A stretch of DNA of 64,000 bases from an uncultured Gammaproteobacteria bacterium (GTDB lineage: Bacteria; Pseudomonadota; Gammaproteobacteria; JAURND01). Numbering within the stretch: the first letter of the stretch is position 1; the number at the start of each line of letters is the position of its first letter. Shown here piece by piece: positions 53,966 to 62,479 of the stretch. The notes below the pieces were generated by a model. That model was not told the origin of the DNA, ran no database searches, and was given only the letters and a program-made list of their open reading frames with translations. The DNA lies in the NCBI GenBank assembly GCA_963714975.1, contig CAVQQD010000002.1:544001-608000 (forward strand), written 5' to 3'. The translations under genes and the position numbers were made by a program.

Positions 53966-54592
53966 GTGCAACGACGAAATTTATTGATCTTATTCATTGG
54001 TCTTGGCGCCATTATTCTCAGTTATTACTTGGTTGATAAACCAGTAGTGTACTGGGCCTATGCGCATCAGTTGCGTCAATACGCGATCCTTAAGCTCTTC
54101 ACTCAACTATCTGAAGTACTGACAGCGGCGGTCTTTATTGCATATTTATGGTTGCTGTGGCGTTTTTATGCTGGGAAACGCAGTTATCACGATTTTGCCA
54201 TCTTAATCATCGCCAATAGCGTGGTGATTACCGCCTTTTTGGTCACGGTCTTGAAGTTTATCTTTGCCCGTTATTGGCCAGCCACTTGGATTGACGATAA
54301 CCTTTCTTTATTAAGCAATCAAGCCTATGGATTTCAATGGTTTAAAGCAGGAGTGGCCTATGAATCATTTCCTTCTGGGCATATTGCCAGAATGGTTGCG
54401 GCGATGGTTGCACTTGCTATTGTGTACCCACGTTACGTTTGGCTAGCGGTGCTGCTGATTGCGTTAATGGTGATTGGTATTGTGGGTATGTATTATCATT
54501 TTGTGAGTGATGGACTAGCGGGTGGCTTATTGGGGTATTTAGTAGCTTCCGTTACTGCCGCTTGGGTCCTCCCACAAGATGAGAAGGAATAA
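53966..54592 (+). CDS. PAP2-family membrane phosphatase
   Basis: KFIFARYWP, SFPSGH, YHFVSD; multi-pass hydrophobic. Confidence 0.85.
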   Translation: MQRRNLLILFIGLGAIILSYYLVDKPVVYWAYAHQLRQYAILKLFTQLSEVLTAAVFIAYLWLLWRFYAGKRSYHDFAILIIANSVVITAFLVTVLKFIFARYWPATWIDDNLSLLSNQAYGFQWFKAGVAYESFPSGHIARMVAAMVALAIVYPRYVWLAVLLIALMVIGIVGMYYHFVSDGLAGGLLGYLVASVTAAWVLPQDEKE

Positions 54593-55656
54593 TGCAAGTT
54601 ACCGTCGGCATGTCAGGTGGGGTGGACTCTTCAGTAGCAGCCTTGCTGCTGCAGCAGCAAAATTATGCAGTGCAGGGTGTTTTTATGCAGAATTGGGAAG
54701 AGTCTTCTGCAGAAGCCTTTTGCAGCGCTAGTCAAGATTTACAGGATGCACAGGCGATATGTGAGCGCTTGCAGATTTCCTTTCATACCGTCCGCTTTGC
54801 GGAAGAATATTGGGATCGAGTATTTCAACATTTTCTCAATGAATACGCCGCAGGACGCACTCCCAATCCAGATATTTTGTGTAATCAAGAAATCAAATTT
54901 AAAGCATTTTTAGCTTATGCTCTCGCGCAAGGCGCTGATTATATTGCTACCGGACATTATGCACGCATTCATGTTGCGCATGGCATTTATTATTTGTTAA
55001 AAGCCAGCGATCTCAGTAAGGACCAAAGTTATTTCTTATATACTTTACAGCAAGCACAATTGGCGCGAAGCTTATTTCCCTTGGGAAATTTAACAAAATC
55101 AAAAGTACGGCAAATGGCCAGGGCGGCTGGATTTATTAATCATGCGAAAAAAGATAGTACCGGGATTTGTTTTATTGGTGAGCGCAAATTTCGCAATTTT
55201 CTTAATGAATATTTATTAGCGCGACCGGGAAATATTGAGGGGCCGGATGGCGAAATTTTAGGCAAGCATCAAGGACTCATGTTTTATACTTTGGGGCAGC
55301 GCCAGGGCATTGGTATTGGTGGCAGGCGTCATGCTCAAAATGCGCCTTGGTATGTGATTGCAAAAGATACCGCGCGTAATGTGCTCGTGGTGGCTCAAGA
55401 TCATGACCATCCACAGCTATTACAAAGCTATTTACGTTGCCATGATGTCCATTGGGTGGCAGGTCATCCTCCGAAATTTCCTGTGCATTGTGCCGCTAAA
55501 ACTCGTTATCGACAGACTGAGGCTAATTGCATAGTGCGAGAAACGCAAGATGGTTGTGAAGTGGAGTTTACCGAACCACAATGGGCTATTACTCCCGGGC
55601 AATCAGTGGTATTTTATCAGGCAGATATTTGCCTAGGAGGAGGAGTGATTGTCTAA
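54592..55656 (+). CDS. mnmA: tRNA 2-thiouridylase MnmA
   Basis: GMSGGVDSS, TPNPDILCN, ATGHY, KDQSYFL, KKDSTGICF, TPGQSVV. Confidence 0.98.
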   Translation: MQVTVGMSGGVDSSVAALLLQQQNYAVQGVFMQNWEESSAEAFCSASQDLQDAQAICERLQISFHTVRFAEEYWDRVFQHFLNEYAAGRTPNPDILCNQEIKFKAFLAYALAQGADYIATGHYARIHVAHGIYYLLKASDLSKDQSYFLYTLQQAQLARSLFPLGNLTKSKVRQMARAAGFINHAKKDSTGICFIGERKFRNFLNEYLLARPGNIEGPDGEILGKHQGLMFYTLGQRQGIGIGGRRHAQNAPWYVIAKDTARNVLVVAQDHDHPQLLQSYLRCHDVHWVAGHPPKFPVHCAAKTRYRQTEANCIVRETQDGCEVEFTEPQWAITPGQSVVFYQADICLGGGVIV

Positions 55657-56605
55657 GAATTTAGGAACTGCACTTGCTATAGTGCTCACTGTTGTTACTT
55701 GGTCTTCAGCATTTGTCGGCATTCGCGCTGGCTTGCAAGGTTATGACCCAGGGAGTTTGGCGCTTTTCCGTTATTTAATTGCCTCTTTGGGAATGTTGAT
55801 TTTATTTATTTTTCAGAAGTCACAGCGCAAATTGGCTTGGAAAGAAATGGCGCTAGTAGCAATCAATGGGGTGATTGGTTTTGGGATCTATAATTTGGCG
55901 CTTAATTACGGTGAAGTGACTATCGATGCAGGGATTGCTGGATTTATTATTAGTCAAATCCCCGTACTGATGACATTATTGGCCGTAGCTTTTTTGCGGG
56001 AAAAAATTAGTATCCAGGCTTGGCTAGGCATGGCTATTAGTTTCTTTGGTATTGCTATGATTGGTGTAAGTCAATCACAAGCGGGTGCTTTTAATTTTGG
56101 CGTTGTTTATGTATTAGTGGCGGTCATGACTGCCGCTATTTATGCGGTATGCTGTAAGCCCTTGTTGAAAAAATTAAATCCAATCACCTTGACTGCCTAT
56201 TGTATTTGGTGGGGCACTTTGTCCCTATGCATTTATCTTCCTAATTTAATTCGGGAAATTCCAACTGCACCTTTAAGTACTACTCTAGCCGTTATTTATT
56301 TGGGTATTTTCCCAGGATTAGCGGGATATCTCTCCTGGAGTTATGTTCTAGATCGCCTTCCTGCTTCTCGGGCAAGTAGCTATCTCTATGTCATGCCTAT
56401 CTTAGCCACCATTATGGGGTGGCTATTTTTGGGAGAAATTCCGACCTGGATTTCCTTGGTAGGTGGATTGGTGGCATTGGGTGGAGCAATATTCATTCAA
56501 CGCGCCAAAAGTTATCCCGAAGATCCCTCGTCGCAAGCTCCTCGGGATGACGAAGGGACGGTGGCATGGACCTCTACATCCTGCAAAGACGATAAATCCC
56601 GCTAA
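55649..56605 (+). CDS. DMT/EamA family transporter
   Basis: WSSAFVGIR, ~10 TM helices in two repeats; last ~25 aa largely repeat-derived. Confidence 0.9.
   Translation: MSKNLGTALAIVLTVVTWSSAFVGIRAGLQGYDPGSLALFRYLIASLGMLILFIFQKSQRKLAWKEMALVAINGVIGFGIYNLALNYGEVTIDAGIAGFIISQIPVLMTLLAVAFLREKISIQAWLGMAISFFGIAMIGVSQSQAGAFNFGVVYVLVAVMTAAIYAVCCKPLLKKLNPITLTAYCIWWGTLSLCIYLPNLIREIPTAPLSTTLAVIYLGIFPGLAGYLSWSYVLDRLPASRASSYLYVMPILATIMGWLFLGEIPTWISLVGGLVALGGAIFIQRAKSYPEDPSSQAPRDDEGTVAWTSTSCKDDKSR
56512..56552. repeat. Family A variant inside the EamA C-terminus
   Basis: agatccctcgtcgcaagctcctcgggatga is the reverse complement of ~47202-47231. Confidence 0.85.
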
Positions 56606-56641
56606 GAATCTCTTAAGAAACCTATGATACATTAACGATAT

Positions 56642-56814
56642 TCGTAACCAATCACCACGATTTTGCCTCTCCCCTTGTGGGAGAGGCCGCCCCGCCGTAA
56701 GGCGCGCGGGTGAGGGGTAAGCAGCAGTTAGCATTAGCTAATAAAATGCTTCTTGCTGTTTTCGGGCACCTTCTCCCACAAGGGGAGAGGCAAAATCGTG
56801 GTGAATGGTTACGA
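56642..56814. mobile_element. MITE-like element with 43-bp terminal inverted repeats containing family B cores
   Basis: tcgtaaccaatcaccacgattttgcctctccccttgtgggaga ... tctcccacaaggggagaggcaaaatcgtggtgaatggttacga (1 mismatch). Confidence 0.75.
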
Positions 56815-56843
56815 CTTAAATAGCGCCTATTTAAGTGAGGGTC

Positions 56844-57143
56844 TTAGTTGCTTTGTGCTTCCCAGCTCACTATATGGCCTGCGCCTACCAAATTACCAAT
56901 ATAGGCAACTGCTGGCCGCACTTTTTCGGGTAGATCAAAAAATTCAACTATTACTGGCAAATCTAATGACATACTTAATAAAGTGCTGCTGTGTAAGGCG
57001 CCAGACTTCCCAAAGCCGCTGATGGCTCTAAAAACTGTAACACCTTTTATTTTAATTTGATTATGTAAATAATCCATTATGGCATTAAGCAGTTTATCTG
57101 CCTCTGTGATGTAAACTCTGGCAATCATGACGGTAGTATTCAT
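56844..57143 (-). CDS. DUF190 family protein (PII-like)
   Basis: ARVYITE, GVTVFRAISGFG, LSMSLDLPVIVEFFD; typical crcB partner. Confidence 0.9.
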   Translation of the reverse strand: MNTTVMIARVYITEADKLLNAIMDYLHNQIKIKGVTVFRAISGFGKSGALHSSTLLSMSLDLPVIVEFFDLPEKVRPAVAYIGNLVGAGHIVSWEAQSN

Positions 57144-57514
57144 AATATTCTTCCTAAATAAACACCTGATAAGGTAGCGAAAAGGCAAAGTATAAGGGTA
57201 AGCGCCACATTTGTAAAAGCGGCTAGATGAGCGCCTTGTTCAAAAAGATTGTAAGTATCCAAGGAAAACGTCGAAAATGTGGTAAATCCGCCTAACAGGC
57301 CAATGAGAATTCCAGCGCGCCATACGGCCGATAAATCTAAGCGCTCAATAAGTAAGGTGCTGAAAAAACCGACCAGCAGACATCCCGACACATTCACTAG
57401 CAATATGCCATAGGGGAAATGAGCGCCCCATAATTGATTAATTTTCTGAGAAATAATAAATCTCAACACTGAACCCAGGGCGCCGCCGAGAAAGACAGCA
57501 AGTAGTGTACTCAT
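57140..57514 (-). CDS. crcB: Fluoride channel Fluc/CrcB
   Basis: GGALGSVLR, FPYGILLVNVSG, GLLGGFTTFSTF. Confidence 0.96.
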   Translation of the reverse strand: MSTLLAVFLGGALGSVLRFIISQKINQLWGAHFPYGILLVNVSGCLLVGFFSTLLIERLDLSAVWRAGILIGLLGGFTTFSTFSLDTYNLFEQGAHLAAFTNVALTLILCLFATLSGVYLGRIL

Positions 57515-57624
57515 AGGTTAGGACCTGTTAAAAAATAACTTGAACATTTAGCATAGCACGTAACGAAATACGGTATTGATAATTCTCTCTCGATATTTAT
57601 AGTGAGCAACTCTGCCACTATTTT

Positions 57625-57729
57625 ATGCGAGCAATTTATATGTTAACGATATATAGTAAATCTGAACGAGAAAATATTGATGCGACAACTTTGGCTCGCA
57701 TAGCTAAATCTTTGGAGACAATCAAATGA
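57625..57729 (+). pseudogene. C-terminal remnant of a RelE/HigB-like toxin
   Basis: IYMLTIYSKSERENID...; stop overlaps the antitoxin start (ATGA). Confidence 0.7.
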
Positions 57730-58040
57730 AAAATAGAGACCTTGGGAAAGAGATTTTAGAAGGTATTAAAGAAATCAGAGCGTGGCAATTAGGAAAAAAA
57801 GAGTTGAAGGTTTCACGGGTTGCTCTACCGGCTGCAAAAGAAGTTGCCCAAATTAGGCATAACTTGGGATTAAGCCAGCAGGCATTTGCTTCTTTGATGG
57901 GTGTAAGCGTAGCTACTTTGCGGAATTGGGAACAAGGAAGGCGTGAACCTCATGGCTCAGCACGTAGTTTATTACTGATCGCAAAAAAGATTCCAAACGC
58001 TTTTTTAAAAGCTTTTGAACTTCCAAACAAGGCGACTTAG
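57726..58040 (+). CDS. XRE-family HTH protein, HigA-like antitoxin
   Basis: LGKEILEGIKE, IRHNLGLSQQAFASLMGVSVATLRNWEQGRREP. Confidence 0.88.
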   Translation: MKNRDLGKEILEGIKEIRAWQLGKKELKVSRVALPAAKEVAQIRHNLGLSQQAFASLMGVSVATLRNWEQGRREPHGSARSLLLIAKKIPNAFLKAFELPNKAT

Positions 58041-58221
58041 AATCCCGATCTAATTTTCGCAATTCCTCTAATTTTTCTGCGATTTTAATTTCTAAGCCAC
58101 GTGGTGCTGGGTTGTAATAACGGCGATTTTCTAACCCTTTGGGAAAATAATTTTCTGCTGCTGCATAGGCTTGGGGTTCATCATGTGCATAGCGGTATCC
58201 CGCCCCATAACCTTGGGATTT
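58040..58221 (-). pseudogene. Second, diverged copy of the rarA 3' end
   Basis: 182 nt colinear with 60318-60499; 11 differences by manual count. Confidence 0.92.
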
Positions 58222-58353
58222 GGGTCAACTGTCATTCCAAATCAAGTGTCATCTCGAGTCAGATAATTGTGATCCTGTGAAAATGGTTGATTACAATATG
58301 ATATATTTCATATTTATGTTATTCTGAAATATAATACTTTCTTGGGGCATTAC

Positions 58354-59637
58354 ATGAATAACGAAATTTTAAAAGCGATTTTAGATTGGAATCCATGGAT
58401 TACAGGGCGTTTTCCTCAAGAGCTTCGAGGTTATACCCGAGATTATAATATCCTGGAATATCTCAAGTTAAACGAAATTAAAATTTTAGAGGGTGCTCGT
58501 CGCGTTGGAAAAAGCACCTTACTTTACCAAGTGATTGAACATTTAATAGCTGAAAATGCTAAGGTGCTTTATATCAACTTTGACGATGCTGAATTATCTA
58601 AATACCCACTGAAGACTATCATTGATACTTATTTGGAACATGGAGCATCGCTCGAATGTTTATTTATTGATGAAATCCAACATTGCCAGGATTGGGTCCA
58701 TTGTGTGCGTAATCTTTATGATCGAAAAGAGGTGAAGCAGATTTGGATTACGGGTTCGAATGCATCACTCATAAAAAAAGAATATAAAACGTTATTGTCA
58801 GGTCGTAACATTACTGTTCCCGTTTATCCCTTATCATTTCATGAATATTTACATTTTAAGCACTGCGAACTTCCGCAGAGCGGGTTATCTACGCAAAAAG
58901 AAATTGAAATCAAACGACATATAATGAGTTATTTAACATTGGGAGCATTTCCGGCGGTTACATTACGCGAAGTTTATCAAAAGGAATTGCTCCTCAATTA
59001 TTTTGAAGATTTTATGTATAAAGATATTGCGACTCGCTATTCAGTTAATGCCATCAAATTAAAAGATTTAGGAACTTATTTAGCAAGCAATAGCGGAAAA
59101 TTTTTCAGTTATCGTAAAGTAGCGCAATCATTAGGAGTACATGTTAATACGGTCACGGATTATTTTTCTTATTACCAAGAAGTATTTCTTTTTCGCGAAC
59201 TTTATAAATTTGATTACTCGCTTAAAGGGAAGTTTGGTAGTGAGAAAAAAATTTATTGCCTTGATACCGGATTAGCGGCTGCGATTTCATTTCGGTTTTC
59301 TGATGATAAAGGACGGATGTTGGAAAACCTTGTGCATAATGAATTAAGACGGCGATCATATGAAATTTATTTTCATAAAGGAAGAAAGGAATGTGATTTT
59401 GTTGTTAAAGAAAATCTTGAAATTACTCAAGTCATTCAAGTGTGTCACACTTTATTCGATCCTGAAACTAAATATCGAGAACTGGAAGGGTTGAAAGAAG
59501 CGCTGGAAGTGTATTCTCATGCAGAAGGAATGATTATTACTGCGGATGAATCGGGTGAGGAAAAAATTACTGTTGGAGATAAACAGCAGATCATTAAAAT
59601 AACGCCGGTTTGGAAATGGTTATTAACCCTAGGTTAA
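58354..59637 (+). CDS. ATP-binding protein, AAA_14 + DUF4143 family
   Basis: WNPW, GARRVGKST, FIDEIQ, ITGSNA, KKIYCLDTGL, MLENLV, ECDFV. Confidence 0.92.
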   Translation: MNNEILKAILDWNPWITGRFPQELRGYTRDYNILEYLKLNEIKILEGARRVGKSTLLYQVIEHLIAENAKVLYINFDDAELSKYPLKTIIDTYLEHGASLECLFIDEIQHCQDWVHCVRNLYDRKEVKQIWITGSNASLIKKEYKTLLSGRNITVPVYPLSFHEYLHFKHCELPQSGLSTQKEIEIKRHIMSYLTLGAFPAVTLREVYQKELLLNYFEDFMYKDIATRYSVNAIKLKDLGTYLASNSGKFFSYRKVAQSLGVHVNTVTDYFSYYQEVFLFRELYKFDYSLKGKFGSEKKIYCLDTGLAAAISFRFSDDKGRMLENLVHNELRRRSYEIYFHKGRKECDFVVKENLEITQVIQVCHTLFDPETKYRELEGLKEALEVYSHAEGMIITADESGEEKITVGDKQQIIKITPVWKWLLTLG

Positions 59638-59658
59638 CCGCTTACAATGTATTTGCGC

Positions 59659-59691
59659 TTTAAGAAAATCATAAGAGAAAGAAAGTATAAT
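59659..59691 (+). promoter_or_regulatory. PmrA-like direct repeat and -10 box
   Basis: TTTAAG-N5-CATAAG followed 10 nt later by TATAAT. Confidence 0.45.
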
Positions 59692-59731
59692 CTGCTCAAC
59701 TTATATTCAAATAATTAAAGAGAGGTGAGGT

Positions 59732-60103
59732 ATGTCAGTTGGAAGTGAGTTAATTGAAGATGATGAATCCAGTTTAATGCTTAAGCGTGTAGGGTGTGGA
59801 GTGGGTTTTTTTGTAGCAGTAGTTGTAGCTCCGCAAGTGACTGCGATGTATACGAATGAAAATGCCTATAATTTCTACTCTGATACTGCTATTGGAAATA
59901 TGCCCAACATCGTAGCCACTACTGTAGTAGGTCCTGTATTATTAGCAGTTGCAGTATTGTGTCTTGCGTTGTTTGGGGAATGTATGCAGGCAATTGAAGA
60001 TACAGAGGAGGAAGCGCTCGAAGATTGGAGAAGCACACCGTGGACATCATCTGACGAACTTAAGTGGAGGAGAGAGCAGAGAAAGCAGGGAAACTACGTC
60101 TGA
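59732..60103 (+). CDS. Hypothetical two-TM protein with a Glu-rich C-terminal region
   Basis: GAGG RBS; two hydrophobic helices; EDTEEEALED. Confidence 0.7.
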   Translation: MSVGSELIEDDESSLMLKRVGCGVGFFVAVVVAPQVTAMYTNENAYNFYSDTAIGNMPNIVATTVVGPVLLAVAVLCLALFGECMQAIEDTEEEALEDWRSTPWTSSDELKWRREQRKQGNYV

Positions 60104-60134
60104 CCCTAAAACCTTGCGAGAAAAGGTGCCCGCT

Positions 60135-60299
60135 TTAATCATCTCTTAGCAAGCCTACTAGCAGGCATCCCGACACATTAACCAGCAATATTCCACAGGG
60201 GAAATGAGCGCCCCATAATTGATTAATTTTCTGAGAAATAATAAATCTCAACACTGAACCCAGGGCGCCGCCGAGGAAGACGGCAAGTAGTATATCCAT
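60135..60299 (-). pseudogene. Truncated second copy of the crcB 5' end (54 aa)
   Basis: MDILLAVFLGGALGSVLRFIISQKINQLWGAHFPCGILLVNVSGCLLVG matches the crcB N-terminus, then stops. Confidence 0.92.
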
Positions 60300-60304
60300 A
60301 GGTT

Positions 60305-61621
60305 TCACTTCCTTTTTGAATCCCGATCCAATTGCCGCAATTCCTCTAATTTTTCTGCGATTTTAATTTCTAAGCCACGCGGTGCTGGGTTGTAATATCG
60401 GCGATTTTCTAACCCTTTGGGAAAATAATTTTCTGCTGCTGCATAGGCTTGGGGTTCATCATGTGCATAGCGATATCCGGCGCCGTATCCTTGAGATTTC
60501 ATCAAGGAAGTAGGGGCATTGCGAATGTGCAATGGCACTTCCAGTGAGCCATAGTTTCGTGCATCTTCCATGGCGGCGTTGGTGGCGGCATAAACTGCGT
60601 TACTTTTAGGCGCACAGGCTAAATAGACCACTGCTTGGGCTATAGCCAACTCTCCTTCAGGGCTACCCAGTCGGCGGAAAGTTTCCCAGGCGTCTAGTGC
60701 TAAGCTGAGCGCTCGGGGATCGGCATTGCCAATATCTTCACTTGCCATGCGCAAAACTCGGCGAGCAATATATTCCGGATCACAACCGCCATCGATCATG
60801 CGCGCAAACCAGTATAAAGCTGCATCTGGGGCAGTGCCGCGCACCGATTTATGCAGCGCGGAAATTTGCTCATAAAATAAATCACCGCGTTTATCAAAGC
60901 GTCTTGCGCCACCGGATAAAATTTCATCAAATGCAGTATCAGAAATTTGTTCTAATCCTGCTTTTTCTTCGGCAAAATCACTGAGAATTTCCAGCATATT
61001 TAGTGCTTGACGGGCATCACCATCCGCATAACGTGCCAGTCTTTGTTTTAATTCAGGAGGAATAGCTAATTTTCGTTGGCCCAGACCGTGGGTTTTATCA
61101 CTCAGAGCCACATCGATGATTTGTATGATTTCAGGCTCTTCCAAACGCTTTAGCACATAAATTCGACACCGGGATAATAAGGCATTATTTAACTCAAATG
61201 AGGGATTTTCAGTAGTCGCCCCAATTAGAATTAAGGTGCCGTCTTCTACAAAGGGTAAAAAGGCATCTTGCTGTGCTTTGTTAAAGCGATGGACCTCATC
61301 AACAAATAAAATAGTGGGTTTGTGTTCTTGTTCTTGTACTTGTTTTGCTCGCTCGACAATTTGCCGAATGTCTTTTACTCCGGCGAGTACGGCAGAGATA
61401 CTTTCAATATGTGCTTGGGCATTTTGCGCGAGTAATTTCGCTAAAGTAGTTTTGCCACTACCTGGAGGTCCCCATAAGATCATCGAATGCAGGAGCTGGT
61501 TATCGATGGCTTGCCGTAAAGGTTTGCCACGCGCCAGTAGGTGCCTCTGTCCACAAAATTCTTCGATGCGTTTAGGGCGCATACGCGCCGCCAGAGGTTC
61601 GAATAGGGGATTGGAGTGCAT
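60305..61621 (-). CDS. rarA: Replication-associated recombination protein A
   Basis: PLAARMRP, WGPPGSGKTT, FVDEVHRFNKAQQD, ATTENPSF, ISALHKSVRG, SEDIGNADP. Confidence 0.97.
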   Translation of the reverse strand: MHSNPLFEPLAARMRPKRIEEFCGQRHLLARGKPLRQAIDNQLLHSMILWGPPGSGKTTLAKLLAQNAQAHIESISAVLAGVKDIRQIVERAKQVQEQEHKPTILFVDEVHRFNKAQQDAFLPFVEDGTLILIGATTENPSFELNNALLSRCRIYVLKRLEEPEIIQIIDVALSDKTHGLGQRKLAIPPELKQRLARYADGDARQALNMLEILSDFAEEKAGLEQISDTAFDEILSGGARRFDKRGDLFYEQISALHKSVRGTAPDAALYWFARMIDGGCDPEYIARRVLRMASEDIGNADPRALSLALDAWETFRRLGSPEGELAIAQAVVYLACAPKSNAVYAATNAAMEDARNYGSLEVPLHIRNAPTSLMKSQGYGAGYRYAHDEPQAYAAAENYFPKGLENRRYYNPAPRGLEIKIAEKLEELRQLDRDSKRK

Positions 61622-62247
61622 TAATTCTTAATCACTTCGACGCCTTTAGGTGGTTTGAAGTGGAAGAGATTATTACTCAAGGAGGGATTCATTTTTACAT
61701 TCTGAAAATGAAAATCAGTAATTGAGCCAGTATTATCAGCCAGCTTCATACTGGATAATTTGTCAGCGATGAAGGTTAATTCGATCCATTTAAATAAGTC
61801 ATGCTGACTATTGGGTCGCAGCTGGTAACTTTGAGTTTGGGCTGTGGCTTTAAGTTGTTTGACATTAAAGCGATTTTCTAGAGTTTCAACTGAGCCACTC
61901 AGTAAGGAAGCTGGGCTATTAGCATTGTTTTTGTCCATGGCTTGACGTGTCGCTTGTTGCAGATCTTTGTCGTAAACCCATAAATAACGGCCATCCGCCA
62001 GGAGCAACTGTGGGTTGGGCGAGACGACCTCCCAGCGGAACTTGCCGGGTCGTAGTAAAGCCATTGTGCCAGTGTTTTTCTGCAGTAGATGACCCTTGCC
62101 ATCGAAAACATTTTGTTGAAAATTTGCACTGAGCGATTGAAATTTACTCAAAGAAGCCGCTAAGGTTTGGCTCGCTGTTTCTGCTGTGGCATTAAAGCTG
62201 ACTGCAGTTAAGAGGCCAATCAATAAGAATTTTAAAAATTTCATCAT
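61621..62247 (-). CDS. lolA: Outer membrane lipoprotein chaperone LolA
   Basis: Signal peptide, ANFQQ, RPGKFRWE, ADGRYLWVYD.DLQQ, FKPPKGVEV. Confidence 0.95.
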   Translation of the reverse strand: MMKFLKFLLIGLLTAVSFNATAETASQTLAASLSKFQSLSANFQQNVFDGKGHLLQKNTGTMALLRPGKFRWEVVSPNPQLLLADGRYLWVYDKDLQQATRQAMDKNNANSPASLLSGSVETLENRFNVKQLKATAQTQSYQLRPNSQHDLFKWIELTFIADKLSSMKLADNTGSITDFHFQNVKMNPSLSNNLFHFKPPKGVEVIKN

Positions 62248-62479
62248 AAATTTAAGTCTATTTTACTCGTAGTTGTTGTAGTGGGGTGGCGAATTCATCA
62301 CACTTCTAGCCTGGTCCTCATAATGTTTTTAGAGACGACCCATGGTAAATGTTATAAAACTAGCTGATGCCAGAATGATAGCAGTTTACAGCCATGCGTC
62401 AACATCAGTTTGCTTTATGGTAAGGAGGATCCTTACTCTAATCCTGGTGTGAGCATTCTTTAAAAAGTATTGTTTTGTT

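Noticed and set aside
56601-56635. Second PmrA-like repeat (gctaag-N5-cttaag)
   Set aside because: Points into a repeat element with no credible downstream gene
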